From Alphaproteobacteria bacterium UBA6411 (GTDB lineage Bacteria; Pseudomonadota; Alphaproteobacteria; CAAGCB01; CAG-977): 64,000 nucleotides of DNA. The stretch lies in assembly GCA_002438565.1 (NCBI GenBank), contig DJPN01000006.1:8544-72543 (forward strand). Direction: 5' to 3'. The notes under the pieces were generated by a model. The model saw nothing but the letters and a program-made list of their open reading frames with translations. It had not been told where the DNA came from and did no database searches. Every line of letters begins with the position of its first letter. The stretch's first letter is position 1. Of this stretch, positions 30,177 to 41,303 are shown one piece after another. The position numbers were made by a program, and so were the translations under genes.

Positions 30177-31327
30177 GCCCTTTCACGGATAACAGCCGCC
30201 GCCTGTTCGCGCGCCTGCGCGTCAACGGCAATCACATCGCCGATAGTGCGAACGGCGGGCAAAGACGTTCTTTCCAGAACCGCTTCAACCGTTTTAACAA
30301 TATCCAAAAAGCCGATTTTGCGATTAAGAAAAGCCCCGACCGCAACTTCGTTCGCCGCGTTCATCACCGCCGTCGCCGTCTGCCCTTTGTTCAAAGCGGC
30401 CTTGGCAACGCGCAAAGCGGGGAATTTTTCTTCGTCGGGATGGCTGAACGTCAACCCCGACAGCGCCGTCAAATCCAACGGCTTCGTCGGCGATTCCATG
30501 CGGTTCGGATACGCAAGGGCATAAGCAATCGGCGTGCGCATGTCGGGCATGCCCATGTGCGCCAAAACCGAACCGTCAATATAAGCGACCGCGCTGTGCA
30601 CAATAGACTGCGGATGCACCAAAACTTCGATTCTGTCCGCACCGAAACCGAACAGATGATAAGCTTCGATGATTTCCAATCCTTTGTTCATCATCGTTGC
30701 GGAATCGACGGAAATTTTCGCGCCCATGCTCCAATTCGGGTGGGCGACCGCCTGTTCGGGGGTAACTTGCGTCATAAACGCGGTATCTTTTTCACGGAAA
30801 GGTCCGCCGGAAGCCGTCAGCAAAATACGGTCGACGGCGGCGCGGTGCCGTTCTTCCAAAGTTTGAAAAATCGCGCTGTGTTCGGAATCGACGGGAACCA
30901 ACGTCGTATTTGTTTCCTTTATCGCGCGCATCACGATTTCGCCCGCGCAAACCAGCGTTTCCTTGTTCGCCAAAGCCAGCGTTTTTCCGCGTTTGACGAC
31001 TTCCATCGTCGGAACCAAGCCCGCCGCGCCGACAATCGACGACATTGTCCAGTCGGCATCCAAGGCCGCCGCCGCTTCGACGGCTTCGTCGCCCGCTTCA
31101 ATGCGGACGGACGTGCCGCTCAAAGCGTCTTTCAAAGCGGCGTAGTTGTTTTTGTCGGCCGTAACGGCGACTTCAGCGTTCAGCTGTTTAGCCTGCTGCG
31201 CCAGCAAAGCGACGTTTTTATTGCCTGTCAAAGCCACCACGCGGTAATCGTCGGGATGACGGCGGATGATATCAACGGTGCTTTTGCCAATCGAGCCTGT
31301 CGAGCCTAAAATCGTAACGGATTTCAT
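30173..31327 (-). CDS. dxr: 1-deoxy-D-xylulose 5-phosphate reductoisomerase
   Basis: 384 aa. GSTGSIG NADPH-binding N-terminus. Overlaps the rseP start by 4 nt. Confidence 0.95.
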   Translation of the reverse strand: MKSVTILGSTGSIGKSTVDIIRRHPDDYRVVALTGNKNVALLAQQAKQLNAEVAVTADKNNYAALKDALSGTSVRIEAGDEAVEAAAALDADWTMSSIVGAAGLVPTMEVVKRGKTLALANKETLVCAGEIVMRAIKETNTTLVPVDSEHSAIFQTLEERHRAAVDRILLTASGGPFREKDTAFMTQVTPEQAVAHPNWSMGAKISVDSATMMNKGLEIIEAYHLFGFGADRIEVLVHPQSIVHSAVAYIDGSVLAHMGMPDMRTPIAYALAYPNRMESPTKPLDLTALSGLTFSHPDEEKFPALRVAKAALNKGQTATAVMNAANEVAVGAFLNRKIGFLDIVKTVEAVLERTSLPAVRTIGDVIAVDAQAREQAAAVIRERA

Positions 31328-31330
31328 ACC

Positions 31331-32113
31331 TTACCCCCAAAAATCCAATTCGGGAAAGAACGCCAAAATCAGAACGACAATCGGCGTCACAGCCAGCAAA
31401 GCGTCCGTGCGGTCGAAAATGCCGCCGTGTCCCGGAATCAAGTTTCCCGAATCCTTGACGCCCAAATAGCGTTTAATCCACGATTCAAACAAATCGCCGC
31501 CCTGCGACACCGCCGCCAAAACAGCGGAAACAATCATCACAAAGCCGAAATTTTGCAAACCGTCCAGCTTTGCGCAACCCAATCCCCACACAGCCGCCGT
31601 CGCCATGCCGCCGATTAAGCCGGCCCAAGTCTTCTTGGGGCTGATTTTCGGGCAAAGTTTGGGGCCTCCGATGGTTTTGCCGAACGCATACGCGCCCGTG
31701 TCCATCGCCCACACCGTCCCGATCAGCCAAATCGTGCAGACGAAGCCGTAATTTTGCAGCATATACGCCAATGCGACCATCGGATAAACCGAATACGCCA
31801 TGCCGAATGCGAACAGTTTTTGATGTTCGGTGTTTTCCTTTTTAACGGCAATATACAAGACAACCGTCATCACGGCGGGCAAAGTCCATGCGACTTCGGG
31901 GAAATCGCCCAGCATAAACACGCACGCGACGCCTACGACGGCAATCAGCATCCCTAAAACGGTAAAGCGTTTCAGCACCAGTTTTTCCCATTCCCAGCCC
32001 ATAGCCGTCAAAGCGACGGCGCACAGCAATTCAAACCACGGAGATTCGTAATACAGCGCCAAAATCGGCAAAGGCAACAGTATCAAAGCGGATAAAATTC
32101 GTTGTTTCAACAT
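31331..32113 (-). CDS. cdsA: Phosphatidate cytidylyltransferase
   Basis: 260 aa polytopic. C-terminal ..GHGGIFDRTDALL.. signature. Confidence 0.85.
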   Translation of the reverse strand: MLKQRILSALILLPLPILALYYESPWFELLCAVALTAMGWEWEKLVLKRFTVLGMLIAVVGVACVFMLGDFPEVAWTLPAVMTVVLYIAVKKENTEHQKLFAFGMAYSVYPMVALAYMLQNYGFVCTIWLIGTVWAMDTGAYAFGKTIGGPKLCPKISPKKTWAGLIGGMATAAVWGLGCAKLDGLQNFGFVMIVSAVLAAVSQGGDLFESWIKRYLGVKDSGNLIPGHGGIFDRTDALLAVTPIVVLILAFFPELDFWG

Positions 32114-32128
32114 AAAAAAGCTCTCCTC

Positions 32129-32845
32129 TTACACTTTGCCGAAACGGCGCTGACGTTTGGCGTATTCGGTCAGCGCCTCATGTAAATCTTCGGCGGAAAA
32201 ATCGGGCCACAGCGTATCGGTGAAATACAATTCCGTATATGCCAGCTGCCATAATAAAAAATTGCTGATTCGCAATTCGCCGCTGGTGCGGATAAGCAAA
32301 TCGGGATCGGGAATGTCGGGACGGTACAGCGCCCGTTCAAACAGGGTTTCGGTAATGTCGGCCGACTTCAATGCCCCTGTTTCAACCTGTTGCGCCAAAC
32401 GGCGGGCGGCTTGGGTGATTTCCTCGCGTCCGCCGTAACTAATCGCCAGATTCAAGCGCATCTTTTCCTGTTCGGCCGGCAGATTTTGCGATTCAAAATC
32501 GCGGATTGTTTTCTGCAGTCCCGCGGGCAAGCGGTCGATTTGTCCCGTAAAAACGGCGTTAATGCCTTTTTGGCGGAACGGAGCGAGTTCCTTGTGCAAA
32601 TACTCGTCCAGCATTTTAAACAAAGCGGCAATCTCGGCTTGCGGTCTGTTCCAGTTTTCCGAAGAAAAGCAGAACAAAGTCACATACCGAATCCCCGCAG
32701 CAAGGCACGCGTCCGCCAGTCTTTCGACCGCTTTTGCGCCCGCGCGGTGTCCCTGTGTCCGGGACAGTCCTCTTTGTTTTGCCCAACGACCGTTGCCGTC
32801 CATAATGACGGCGACATGCGCCGGAATCCGCCCCGAATCCGTCAT
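32129..32845 (-). CDS. uppS: Undecaprenyl diphosphate synthase
   Basis: 238 aa. HVAVIMDGNGRWA motif. Confidence 0.9.
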   Translation of the reverse strand: MTDSGRIPAHVAVIMDGNGRWAKQRGLSRTQGHRAGAKAVERLADACLAAGIRYVTLFCFSSENWNRPQAEIAALFKMLDEYLHKELAPFRQKGINAVFTGQIDRLPAGLQKTIRDFESQNLPAEQEKMRLNLAISYGGREEITQAARRLAQQVETGALKSADITETLFERALYRPDIPDPDLLIRTSGELRISNFLLWQLAYTELYFTDTLWPDFSAEDLHEALTEYAKRQRRFGKV

Positions 32846-33417
32846 TAAACCTGCTTGATTTCCTGTTCTTTGATTTTCAAAGCTTCGTCAACGGCTTTAA
32901 TGGCGGTGTCCGTCATCGTTTGAATTTCCGTTTCGTATTTTTTCTGTTCGTCTTCGGAAATATCGCCGTCTTTCTGCATTTTCTTGACCGCATCCATCGC
33001 GTCGCGGCGGATGTTGCGAATGGCGACGCGCGCCTGTTCCGTATATTTGCCAGCAACTTTGGTCAATTCAACGCGGCGTTCTTCCGTCAAAGCGGGAATG
33101 GGAACGCGAATCACCTGCCCGTCGGAAGCGGGATTCAATCCCAAATCAGACGAACGAATCGCTTTTTCAACAGCTTTCGTCAAAGAACGGTCCCAAACCT
33201 GCACGGTCAACATTCTGGGTTCGGGAACGCTGATGTTGGCGACTTGGTTCAACGGCGACATGCCGCCGTAGGCTTCAACCGTAATCCCTTCCAGCAACGC
33301 CGTGGAGGCGCGTCCCGTGCGCAAGCCCGAAAAATCCTTTTTCAAAGCTTCCGTCGTTTTATCCATACGCACGCGCGTATCCTGCTTTAATTCGTTGTAG
33401 TTTGCAAAAGTTCCCAT
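32845..33417 (-). CDS. frr: Ribosome recycling factor
   Basis: 190 aa. Conserved RRF sequence. Overlaps the uppS start by 1 nt. Confidence 0.9.
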   Translation of the reverse strand: MGTFANYNELKQDTRVRMDKTTEALKKDFSGLRTGRASTALLEGITVEAYGGMSPLNQVANISVPEPRMLTVQVWDRSLTKAVEKAIRSSDLGLNPASDGQVIRVPIPALTEERRVELTKVAGKYTEQARVAIRNIRRDAMDAVKKMQKDGDISEDEQKKYETEIQTMTDTAIKAVDEALKIKEQEIKQV

Positions 33418-33427
33418 TGTAGTATCC

Positions 33428-34144
33428 TTATTTATCGCAAGTGATTTCCGTAAACGCGCCCTGCCCCGACAAAGTGCGCATCAACGCGCCCTGTTCGTGC
33501 ATGGAAAACACAACAATCGAAATGTTGTTGTCGCGCGCCAAAGCAACAGCCGAAGCGTCCATCACTTTCAAATTCTTGACCAACACTTCATCATAGCTGA
33601 CTTTTTCAAAGCGTACAGCATTTTTATCTTTTTTCGGGTCGGCGGAATAAACGCCGTCAACCTGCGTGGCTTTGAAAATCGCTTCACAGCCCATTTCGGC
33701 GGCGCGCAACGCCGCGCCCGTGTCCGTCGTAAAGAACGGATTTCCCGTCCCCGCGGCAAAGATGATGACATCGCCGTTTTGCAAATGGCTTTTTGCTTTT
33801 GGCTGAATATAGGGTTCGCAAATCGTCGGCATGACCACACCCGAAACAACGCGCGTCGGCACGCCGATTCGCAACAAAGCGTCCTGCATCGCCAAAGAAT
33901 TGATAATTGTTGCCAACATGCCCATATGATCGGCGCTGACCCTGTCCATGCCGCCCGCCGCGCCTTTCAGTCCGCGGAAAATGTTTCCGCCGCCGATAAC
34001 GACCGCCAGCTGAATGCCCGCATCATGCACCTGTTTGATTTCCTGCGCCATTTCGGACAGTTTGGCTTCGTCCAAACCGAACGATTTTTCACCCATCAAG
34101 CCTTCACCCGACAGTTTCAACAAAACGCGCTTGTATTTGACCAT
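33428..34144 (-). CDS. pyrH: UMP kinase. Start moved to the ATG at 34144 ([14 protein letters not shown]..).
   Basis: KLSGE motif 8 aa after the chosen start. The track ORF begins 46 codons upstream in basic, non-conserved sequence. AAAGGGGA SD before 34144. Confidence 0.88.
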   Translation of the reverse strand: MVKYKRVLLKLSGEGLMGEKSFGLDEAKLSEMAQEIKQVHDAGIQLAVVIGGGNIFRGLKGAAGGMDRVSADHMGMLATIINSLAMQDALLRIGVPTRVVSGVVMPTICEPYIQPKAKSHLQNGDVIIFAAGTGNPFFTTDTGAALRAAEMGCEAIFKATQVDGVYSADPKKDKNAVRFEKVSYDEVLVKNLKVMDASAVALARDNNISIVVFSMHEQGALMRTLSGQGAFTEITCDK

Positions 34145-34208
34145 TGCAGTCCCCTTTGAATTGACACAAAAACGGCGGGATGTTTGATGTCCCGCCGTTT
34201 CAAAAGTT

Positions 34209-35150
34209 TTACTTTCCGGCAGCTGCCGCGACTTCGGCAGCGAAGTCTTCCTCTTTCTTTTCGATGCCTTCACCCAATGCAAAGCGGGCGAAAGCTTTCA
34301 GTTCGACAGGGGCGCCGACTTCTTTGGCGGCTTCCGCGACAACTTCTTTGACTTTCTTTTTGTCGTCCATGATGAAGAACTGTTCGTTCAAAACGACTTC
34401 TTCATGGAATTTGCGAATACGGCCGACAACCATTTTTTCAATGATTTCGGCGGGTTTGGATTTGCCCGTTTTCGCCTGTTCTTCTTTAATCTGCGCTTCG
34501 ACAACGTTCTTTTCGCGTTCTTCCATTTCGGCGGGAACGTCGGCGACGTTCAAGCAGACGGGAGCGGCGGCGGCAACGTGCATCGCCAGATTTTTAGCCA
34601 ATTTTTCCAAAGCGGCTTTGTCGCCTGTCGATTCCAAAGCGACCAGCGTGCCGATTTTGCCCAGACCGTCGGCAATCGCGCCGTGCATGTAGCCGACGAC
34701 AACACCGTCGGTGACGGACAGTTTCGCAACGCGGCGCAAGTTCATGTTTTCACCGATTTTGGCAATCAAGTCGGTCAAAGCGGCGTGAACGTCTTTGCCG
34801 TCTTCATACGCGGCGGCTTTCAAAGCTTCGATGTCGCCATTGCCCTGCAGGGCGATATCGGCGGTTTTGGCAACAAACTGCTGGAACAATTCGTTTTTGG
34901 AAACGAAGTCGGTTTCGGAGTTGACTTCGACGACAACACCCTGTTTGCCGTCCGTTTTCAAAGCGACCAAACCCTGAGCGGCAACGCGGCCGGCTTTCTT
35001 CGCGGCGGTCGCCAAGCCTTTTTCACGCAACCAGTCGACGGCTTTTTCGATGTCGCCGTCGGACGCGGTCAACGCTTTTTTGCAATCCATCATGCCTGCG
35101 CCGGATTTTTCGCGCAATTCTTTTACAGCGGCGGCGGTAATTTCAGCCAT
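34209..35150 (-). CDS. tsf: Elongation factor Ts. Start moved to the ATG at 35150 (MAEITAAAVKELREK..).
   Basis: Canonical EF-Ts N-terminus. Dimerisation/core domains follow. Confidence 0.9.
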   Translation of the reverse strand: MAEITAAAVKELREKSGAGMMDCKKALTASDGDIEKAVDWLREKGLATAAKKAGRVAAQGLVALKTDGKQGVVVEVNSETDFVSKNELFQQFVAKTADIALQGNGDIEALKAAAYEDGKDVHAALTDLIAKIGENMNLRRVAKLSVTDGVVVGYMHGAIADGLGKIGTLVALESTGDKAALEKLAKNLAMHVAAAAPVCLNVADVPAEMEEREKNVVEAQIKEEQAKTGKSKPAEIIEKMVVGRIRKFHEEVVLNEQFFIMDDKKKVKEVVAEAAKEVGAPVELKAFARFALGEGIEKKEEDFAAEVAAAAGK

Positions 35151-35236
35151 TTGAGTATTTTCCTTTCTGAACAACTGATATTTATAAAATAATGGCGGCA
35201 GAACAAAGCCACCGCCATTAGTCAAGCCTTTAAGAC

Positions 35237-36007
35237 TTAAGCGTCGGCTTTGTCGGCGACTTCAACGTCTTCGACAACGGTTTCCTGCGCACCCAAATCA
35301 ACGCCGGCGGCGGTCATTTCCGCCTGAATGCCGTCCAACACGGAACCGGCGATCAAATCGCAGTACATGTTGATGGCGCGAATGGCGTCGTCATTGCCCG
35401 GCACGGGGAATTCAATGTCGTCGGGATTCGAGTTCGTATCGCAAATCGCGATAACGGGAATGCCCAAACGGCGTGCTTCGTTCAAAGCCAAGCCTTCCTT
35501 AACGGTGTCGATGACGAAAATCAAGTCGGGACGACCGCCCATATCCTTGATGCCGCCCAGCGAACAATCCAATTTTTCGCGTTCGCGTTCCAGATTCAGT
35601 TTTTCCTTTTTGGTCAAACCTTCCAGTTCGCCTTTTTCCTGCTTGGCATTGATTTCTTTCAAGCGGCGAATCGACTGGGAAACGGTTTTCCAGTTCGTCA
35701 GCGTTCCGCCCAGCCAGCGATGGTTGACGTAATACTGACCGCAACGTTCCGCAGCTTCGCGAACCGCCTGCTGAGCCTGGTTTTTCGTGCCGACGAACAA
35801 AACGCGGCCGCCGTTTGCGGCGACATCGCGCGCCGCCTGCATGGCGCGGTACAGCATCGGAACCGTCTGCTGCAAGTCGATAATATGAACATTGTCGCGC
35901 GTGCCGAAAATGTACTGTTTCATTTTCGGATTCCAGCGACGGGTGTTGTGACCAAAGTGAACGCCCGCTTCAATCAGCTGACGCATTGTGAATGTGGGAA
36001 GAGCCAT
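35237..36007 (-). CDS. rpsB: 30S ribosomal protein S2
   Basis: 256 aa. [15 protein letters not shown] motif. About 160-nt leader upstream. Confidence 0.95.
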   Translation of the reverse strand: MALPTFTMRQLIEAGVHFGHNTRRWNPKMKQYIFGTRDNVHIIDLQQTVPMLYRAMQAARDVAANGGRVLFVGTKNQAQQAVREAAERCGQYYVNHRWLGGTLTNWKTVSQSIRRLKEINAKQEKGELEGLTKKEKLNLEREREKLDCSLGGIKDMGGRPDLIFVIDTVKEGLALNEARRLGIPVIAICDTNSNPDDIEFPVPGNDDAIRAINMYCDLIAGSVLDGIQAEMTAAGVDLGAQETVVEDVEVADKADA

Positions 36008-36168
36008 TTTTATCCTCTTTTTCCGGTTAAACCTCCGCGGGTTGTTGAGGCGGGAACCCTCCCGCCACCGGAGCGATTTTCCCCTTGCGAAGAAATCCGC
36101 CTGTACCCGCGTGTGAAATCGGGTTGTTTTTACCCTGTTTTTTTTCCTTTTGCAAGCGTTTTGTTCAA

Positions 36169-36915
36169 TTACGCTTCATCTTTCAGACGGACGTACAGAT
36201 AGGCCAGAAAAGCCGCCTGCATCATCACGGAAACAAACAAGCTTAAAACCGCCAAAAAGTTGCCGAACAAAGGCCCGACGGGAAGAGTCGACGCCACCGT
36301 CACCGCAACCAGCAAAGGCGCGACGGAAATCAGCAGGTAGTACAGGCTCAGCAGCAAGCCGCACCCGCTTGTCATTTTCCAGCTGTGCAACAGCCGCGCG
36401 TTGTCGCCGGCGACGGCCGCGCTCAAAGCCAACCCTTGACGAATGACAAAGTACGGAACCAGCATTGCCGCTATCGTCAGCGTCACGGAAAAACCAAACG
36501 GAGGAAACGTCAAAAACGTCGACATCATATAAAGTCCCGCATAAGACGCCGCCACGCTTGCCGCAATGGCGAACAGCACGCTTTTCGCGAAAACGGCGGA
36601 AAAACGCGCCGCGTCTTTGGTCAAAGCGGGGATGAACAGCGCCGCCGTCGAATCCGCAAAAAAGATTATCCTCATCGTTTTGACCATTTCAGCCGCGACC
36701 GTTCCCGCGAACACAATCAGACAAATGCCCAAAACCCACGGATTTACCGTCAAAACGAAACGCTCCGTTTCAGAAGGGCGAAGCAAAGGAACAAAATGCT
36801 CAAGCACGGCCATTCCCAGCGACACGGCCGACAGCCACGGCAAAAAGTAACGCCACACGGATTTTACAGATAAAAACTTTATTGTTTGCCGAGCGGCTTG
36901 CATTAGCGGGGACAT
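36169..36915 (-). CDS. Hypothetical polytopic membrane protein
   Basis: 248 aa, about 7 hydrophobic segments, no recognised motif. Lies between rpsB and dnaE. Confidence 0.5.
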   Translation of the reverse strand: MSPLMQAARQTIKFLSVKSVWRYFLPWLSAVSLGMAVLEHFVPLLRPSETERFVLTVNPWVLGICLIVFAGTVAAEMVKTMRIIFFADSTAALFIPALTKDAARFSAVFAKSVLFAIAASVAASYAGLYMMSTFLTFPPFGFSVTLTIAAMLVPYFVIRQGLALSAAVAGDNARLLHSWKMTSGCGLLLSLYYLLISVAPLLVAVTVASTLPVGPLFGNFLAVLSLFVSVMMQAAFLAYLYVRLKDEA

Positions 36916-36926
36916 GGGACATTCTC

Positions 36927-39900
36927 CTAAATTTCTCTGATTTCATTGACACCGGAACATTTACGCAGTTCGGACATCACTTCGGCGGACAAGGCATACG
37001 GCTTTTCCAGCAGCACTTCTACATCCCAATCATCGACCTGCACGACAATCCAGACTTTCGTACGTCCGAACGGCACATGCGCAAAGATGTCCTTGACCTG
37101 CCCGACAGCCTCCGGCTTGCTGATGCAGACCATCAGCCCGTCCGTCATTTTGGAAATCAGCTCCTCCAGATTTTCGACGTTCTGCACAATCATGCGCGGA
37201 GCGTCGGCATCTTCTTTCTTTTCCGCCGTAACGCTGACAAGCAAAGGCTGTTGGGATTTCAGCAAATCGCGGTACAAATTCAGCATTTCGGAAAAAGCCA
37301 TCATTTCAAAGCCGCCCGTCGAATCAGAGGCGGAAATAAAGGCGAATTTCGTTCCCTTTTGGCTGATTTTTTCACGCACGGAGTTGACGGTCAGCGCGAT
37401 TTTTGCGCGCACCTGTCCCGCCTTGGCGGCGTTGCGGGCGGTTTCGGCGTACGTCATCGCGCGCAGGCGTTCCAAAGACGACGCGTACTTGTCCAGCGGA
37501 TGCGCCGACAGATAAAAACCGATAACAGACAGTTCCGCCGCCAGCTTTTCATCCAAATTCCAGTCTTTGGCCGGCGTCAAAGCAATCGGCGGATTTTCTT
37601 CCGTCGTTCCGCCGAACAGACTGATTTGAGAGCTGTTTTTTTCCTCGACCGCCGCTTTGGCGTGCTGCATCAGATTGGTCAAGTTTGCAAACAGCAGGCC
37701 GCGTTTTTTCTCGAAACAATCAAAAGCTCCCGCCTTAATCCACGCTTCCATTGATTTGCGGTCAAGGTTGCTGGCGTCCACGCGGCGGATGAAATCGGAA
37801 ATGGATTTGTATGCTCCGTTTGCGCTGCGTTCGGCGACAACGGCGTTCGCCGTCGCTTCGCCCGACCCTTTGACCGCCGACAAAGCATAGCGCACCGCCC
37901 CGTTTTCAACCGAAAAATGCTGAACCGATTTGTTAATGTCGGGCGGCAGCAGTTCAATGCCCAAACGAACCAGTTCGCGCTTGTACTGCGCCAGTTTGTC
38001 CGTGTTCTGCATATCGTAAGTCATGGTCGAAGCCATAAACTCGACGGGATAATGCGCTTTCAGATAAGCCGTCTGATACGTCACCAAAGCGTACGCCGCA
38101 GCGTGGGATTTGTTGAACCCGTATTCCGCGAATTTCGCCATGCGGTCGAAAATCATTTCGGCAAGGCTTTTTTCAATCCCGTTTTTCACGGAGCCCGACA
38201 CAAACTTTTCGCGTTCAAGGGGCAATTTTTCCTTAATCTTTTTCCCCATGACCTTGCGCAAGCCGTCCGCGCCGCCCATCGTGTAGCCGCCCATTTTCTG
38301 GGCGATCTGCATGACTTGTTCCTGATAAATCATAATGCCGTAGGTTTCTTTGAGGATGCCTTCCAGCATCGGATGCATATAGTCGGGTTCTTCCTGCCCT
38401 TTTTTGCGGGAAATATAGCTCGGGATGTTATCCATGGGGCCGGGACGGTAAAGCGAGATGACCGCGATGATTTCCTCGAACGTCGTCGGCGCCAAATCGC
38501 GCAGGACTTTGCGCATGCCCGTACTTTCCAACTGGAACACGCCGTCCGTTTCAGCCCTTTGCAGCAAAGCGAACGTTTCTGGGTCTTCCAGCGAAATTTC
38601 AGAGATGTTCAGCGGCTTCTGCCCTTGCTTGACAATGCGTTCGTTGACCATGTCGACGGCTTCTTTAATCACCGTCAGCGTTTTCAAACCCAGAAAATCG
38701 AACTTAATCAAGCCCGTCGATTCGACGAATTTCATATTGTACTGTGTCACAGGCAATTCCGAACCCGAACTGACATCGCGAAACACGGGAACGATTTGGT
38801 TCAGCGGCTTTTGCCCCACCACGACGCCCGCCGCGTGGGTCGACGCGTTGCGGTACAGTCCCTCCAGCTTTTCAGCCAAGGAAAGCAAGCGGTCGACGCC
38901 CGCGTCGTCTTTGCGCCAGCGGGCGAATTCGGGTTCGGAATCATACGCGATTTGCAGCGTCATTTTCGGATCGGGCGGCACCATGCGCGCCAGCTTGTCT
39001 GCGACAAAGTCCATTTGCAGCACGCGCCCGACGTCGCGAATGACGACTTTCGCCTGCATTTGACCGAACGTGATGATTTGCGCCACGCGGTCGTGTCCGT
39101 ATTTGTTGCGGACGTATTCAATCGTTTCGCCGCGGCGCGTCTGGCAAAAGTCGACGTCGAAGTCGGGCATGTTCACGCGTTCGGGGTTCAAAAAACGTTC
39201 AAACAGCAAATTGAACCGCAAAGGATCCAAGTCCGTAATCGTCAAAGACCACGCCACAACGGAACCCGCGCCCGAACCGCGCCCCGGTCCGACGGGAATG
39301 CCGTGCGCTTTCGACCACGCGATAAAGTCCGAAACGATAAGGAAGTAGCCCGAAAACTTCATTTTGATAATGACGGACAGTTCGTATTCCAAACGGTCGT
39401 AGTATTTCTGCCCCGCCTGTTTTTTGTCCTCGTCGGTCATATCGGGGGTGAAAACGTGAACTTCCAACCGTTTGACCAGCCCCGCGCGCGCCCTTTTTTG
39501 GACGGTAACGGCTTCCTGCAGTTCGCCCAAAGTGCGCGAATCCAGCTGTTCCTGCACCGTTTTTCCCGTTTTCGGGTCGTCGGTCAGATAGCCGCGGATT
39601 TTGTCGTACATTTCTTCGCGCGCTTTTTGAATGTCGTCGCCGACGGGTTCGCAGTCGGGGTAAATCGGCAAAGCAGGCGGCTGAAATTCCACCATAAAGC
39701 CGCAGCGTTTCGCAATGTTGACAGTGTTTTCAATCGCTTCTGGCAAATCCTCGAACAGCTTTTTCATTTCGTCGGGCGATTTGAAGTAGTATTCGGGATT
39801 CAAGCGGCGGCGGTCGTTGACAATGACGTGTGTTTTGTCTTTGATGCACAGCAGGGCATCATGCGCTTCAAACATGTCGGGCGTGGCGAAAAACACTTCG

Positions 39901-40544
39901 TTCGTCGCGACCAAAGGCACGTTGTATTTAAACGCCAAATCCAAAAAAGCCTGTTCGGTCTTTTCCTCGTCCGCCGTGCCGTGCCGTTGGATTTCCATGT
40001 ACAGACGGTTCGGGAAAGCGTCCATCAAAAGCTTTAACGCTTCCTCGGCTTTTTCCTTTTTGCCGGCCAGCAGAAATTTACCGACGGGACCGTTCACCCC
40101 TCCCGTCAGACAAATCAGCCCGTCCGAAAATTCCTTGAGCTTGTTATACGGCACGTGCGGGCTTTCGTTGTCGGGCGTGAACATGTACATCTGTTCGGAC
40201 TGCAGGCGCAGGCTGTTGTATCCCGCTTCGTTTTGTGCGTACAAAACAATGTTGGACAGAGCGTAATCGGGATCTTTGGCGGTAAAGCGTTTTTCCTCCA
40301 GCCCGATGTCGATGGCGGTCTGCACGCCGATAATCGGCTGAATCCCGTGCGCCGCACATTCCGTCGACATTTCAAACGCGCCGCACAGGTTGTTCGTGTC
40401 CGTCATCCCGACCGCGGGCATGGCGTATTTTTCGCACAATCCCGTCAGCTTTTTGACTTTGACCGCGCCCTCCAGCAGGGAATAGTTCGTGTGAACGCGC
40501 AGGTGGATAAAGTCCGCGGGGGGAGTCCGCACCTCGTCGGTCAT
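36927..40544 (-). CDS. dnaE: DNA polymerase III alpha subunit
   Basis: 1205 aa. N-terminal PHP domain (HLRVHTNYSLLEG), polymerase core, OB fold. Confidence 0.95.
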   Translation of the reverse strand: MTDEVRTPPADFIHLRVHTNYSLLEGAVKVKKLTGLCEKYAMPAVGMTDTNNLCGAFEMSTECAAHGIQPIIGVQTAIDIGLEEKRFTAKDPDYALSNIVLYAQNEAGYNSLRLQSEQMYMFTPDNESPHVPYNKLKEFSDGLICLTGGVNGPVGKFLLAGKKEKAEEALKLLMDAFPNRLYMEIQRHGTADEEKTEQAFLDLAFKYNVPLVATNEVFFATPDMFEAHDALLCIKDKTHVIVNDRRRLNPEYYFKSPDEMKKLFEDLPEAIENTVNIAKRCGFMVEFQPPALPIYPDCEPVGDDIQKAREEMYDKIRGYLTDDPKTGKTVQEQLDSRTLGELQEAVTVQKRARAGLVKRLEVHVFTPDMTDEDKKQAGQKYYDRLEYELSVIIKMKFSGYFLIVSDFIAWSKAHGIPVGPGRGSGAGSVVAWSLTITDLDPLRFNLLFERFLNPERVNMPDFDVDFCQTRRGETIEYVRNKYGHDRVAQIITFGQMQAKVVIRDVGRVLQMDFVADKLARMVPPDPKMTLQIAYDSEPEFARWRKDDAGVDRLLSLAEKLEGLYRNASTHAAGVVVGQKPLNQIVPVFRDVSSGSELPVTQYNMKFVESTGLIKFDFLGLKTLTVIKEAVDMVNERIVKQGQKPLNISEISLEDPETFALLQRAETDGVFQLESTGMRKVLRDLAPTTFEEIIAVISLYRPGPMDNIPSYISRKKGQEEPDYMHPMLEGILKETYGIMIYQEQVMQIAQKMGGYTMGGADGLRKVMGKKIKEKLPLEREKFVSGSVKNGIEKSLAEMIFDRMAKFAEYGFNKSHAAAYALVTYQTAYLKAHYPVEFMASTMTYDMQNTDKLAQYKRELVRLGIELLPPDINKSVQHFSVENGAVRYALSAVKGSGEATANAVVAERSANGAYKSISDFIRRVDASNLDRKSMEAWIKAGAFDCFEKKRGLLFANLTNLMQHAKAAVEEKNSSQISLFGGTTEENPPIALTPAKDWNLDEKLAAELSVIGFYLSAHPLDKYASSLERLRAMTYAETARNAAKAGQVRAKIALTVNSVREKISQKGTKFAFISASDSTGGFEMMAFSEMLNLYRDLLKSQQPLLVSVTAEKKEDADAPRMIVQNVENLEELISKMTDGLMVCISKPEAVGQVKDIFAHVPFGRTKVWIVVQVDDWDVEVLLEKPYALSAEVMSELRKCSGVNEIREI

Positions 40545-40547
40545 GGG

Positions 40548-41303
40548 CTACACCTCGACAAAGCGTTGCTTGAAAGCGATGCGGCCGCTCATCCCCAGCG
40601 TGTCCATTTCCTCCAATCGTCCGTCTTTCAGCGCGATTTTCCTGTCCATTCTGTCCGCCAAGTCGGGGTTGTGCGTGGCGATTAAAGCCGACAGTCCCGT
40701 TTCGCGCACGATGTTCATCAAAAAGCCGAACACCGTTTCAGACGTCATCGGGTCAAGGTTGCCCGTCGGTTCGTCCGCCAGCAGCATGTGCGGTTTGTTC
40801 GCCAAAGCTCTGGCAATCGCGACGCGTTGCGCTTCGCCGCCCGACAGCTGGGCGGGACGGTGCTTCATGCGGTCTTTCAATCCCATTTTTTCCAGCAGAT
40901 GCGCCGCGTATTCGGCGGATTCGCGTTTGGATTTGCCCGCAATCATCTGCGGAATCATCACGTTTTCCAATGCCGAAAATTCGGGCTGCAGGTTGTGGTT
41001 TTGGTACACAAAGCCCAAGTATTCCCGCCGCATTTTCGTCCTTTCGTCGTCGTTCATGTCCGAACACGGCGCGCCGTTCAAAAACACTTCGCCCTCGTCG
41101 GGGGCTTCCAACAATCCCGTAACGTGAAGCATGGTCGATTTGCCCGCGCCCGACGGTCCGACCAATGCGACCATTTCCCCATGACGGATTTCCAAATCAA
41201 TGCCGCGCAGAACGTCGATAATCGTTTTGCCCTGCGTGTAGTGGCGGCGCACGTCTTTTAAAACAAGGACGGGAATCCCCGTTTGATTGACAATATCACT
41301 CAT
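40548..41303 (-). CDS. lolD: Lipoprotein-releasing system ATP-binding protein
   Basis: 251 aa ABC ATPase ([28 protein letters not shown]) including the LolD-motif region. Overlaps lolC/E. Confidence 0.85.
   Translation of the reverse strand: MSDIVNQTGIPVLVLKDVRRHYTQGKTIIDVLRGIDLEIRHGEMVALVGPSGAGKSTMLHVTGLLEAPDEGEVFLNGAPCSDMNDDERTKMRREYLGFVYQNHNLQPEFSALENVMIPQMIAGKSKRESAEYAAHLLEKMGLKDRMKHRPAQLSGGEAQRVAIARALANKPHMLLADEPTGNLDPMTSETVFGFLMNIVRETGLSALIATHNPDLADRMDRKIALKDGRLEEMDTLGMSGRIAFKQRFVEV

Noticed and set aside
37917-40037. 706-aa + strand ORF inside dnaE
   Set aside because: Antisense to DNA polymerase III alpha. Low-complexity translation. High-GC artefact.
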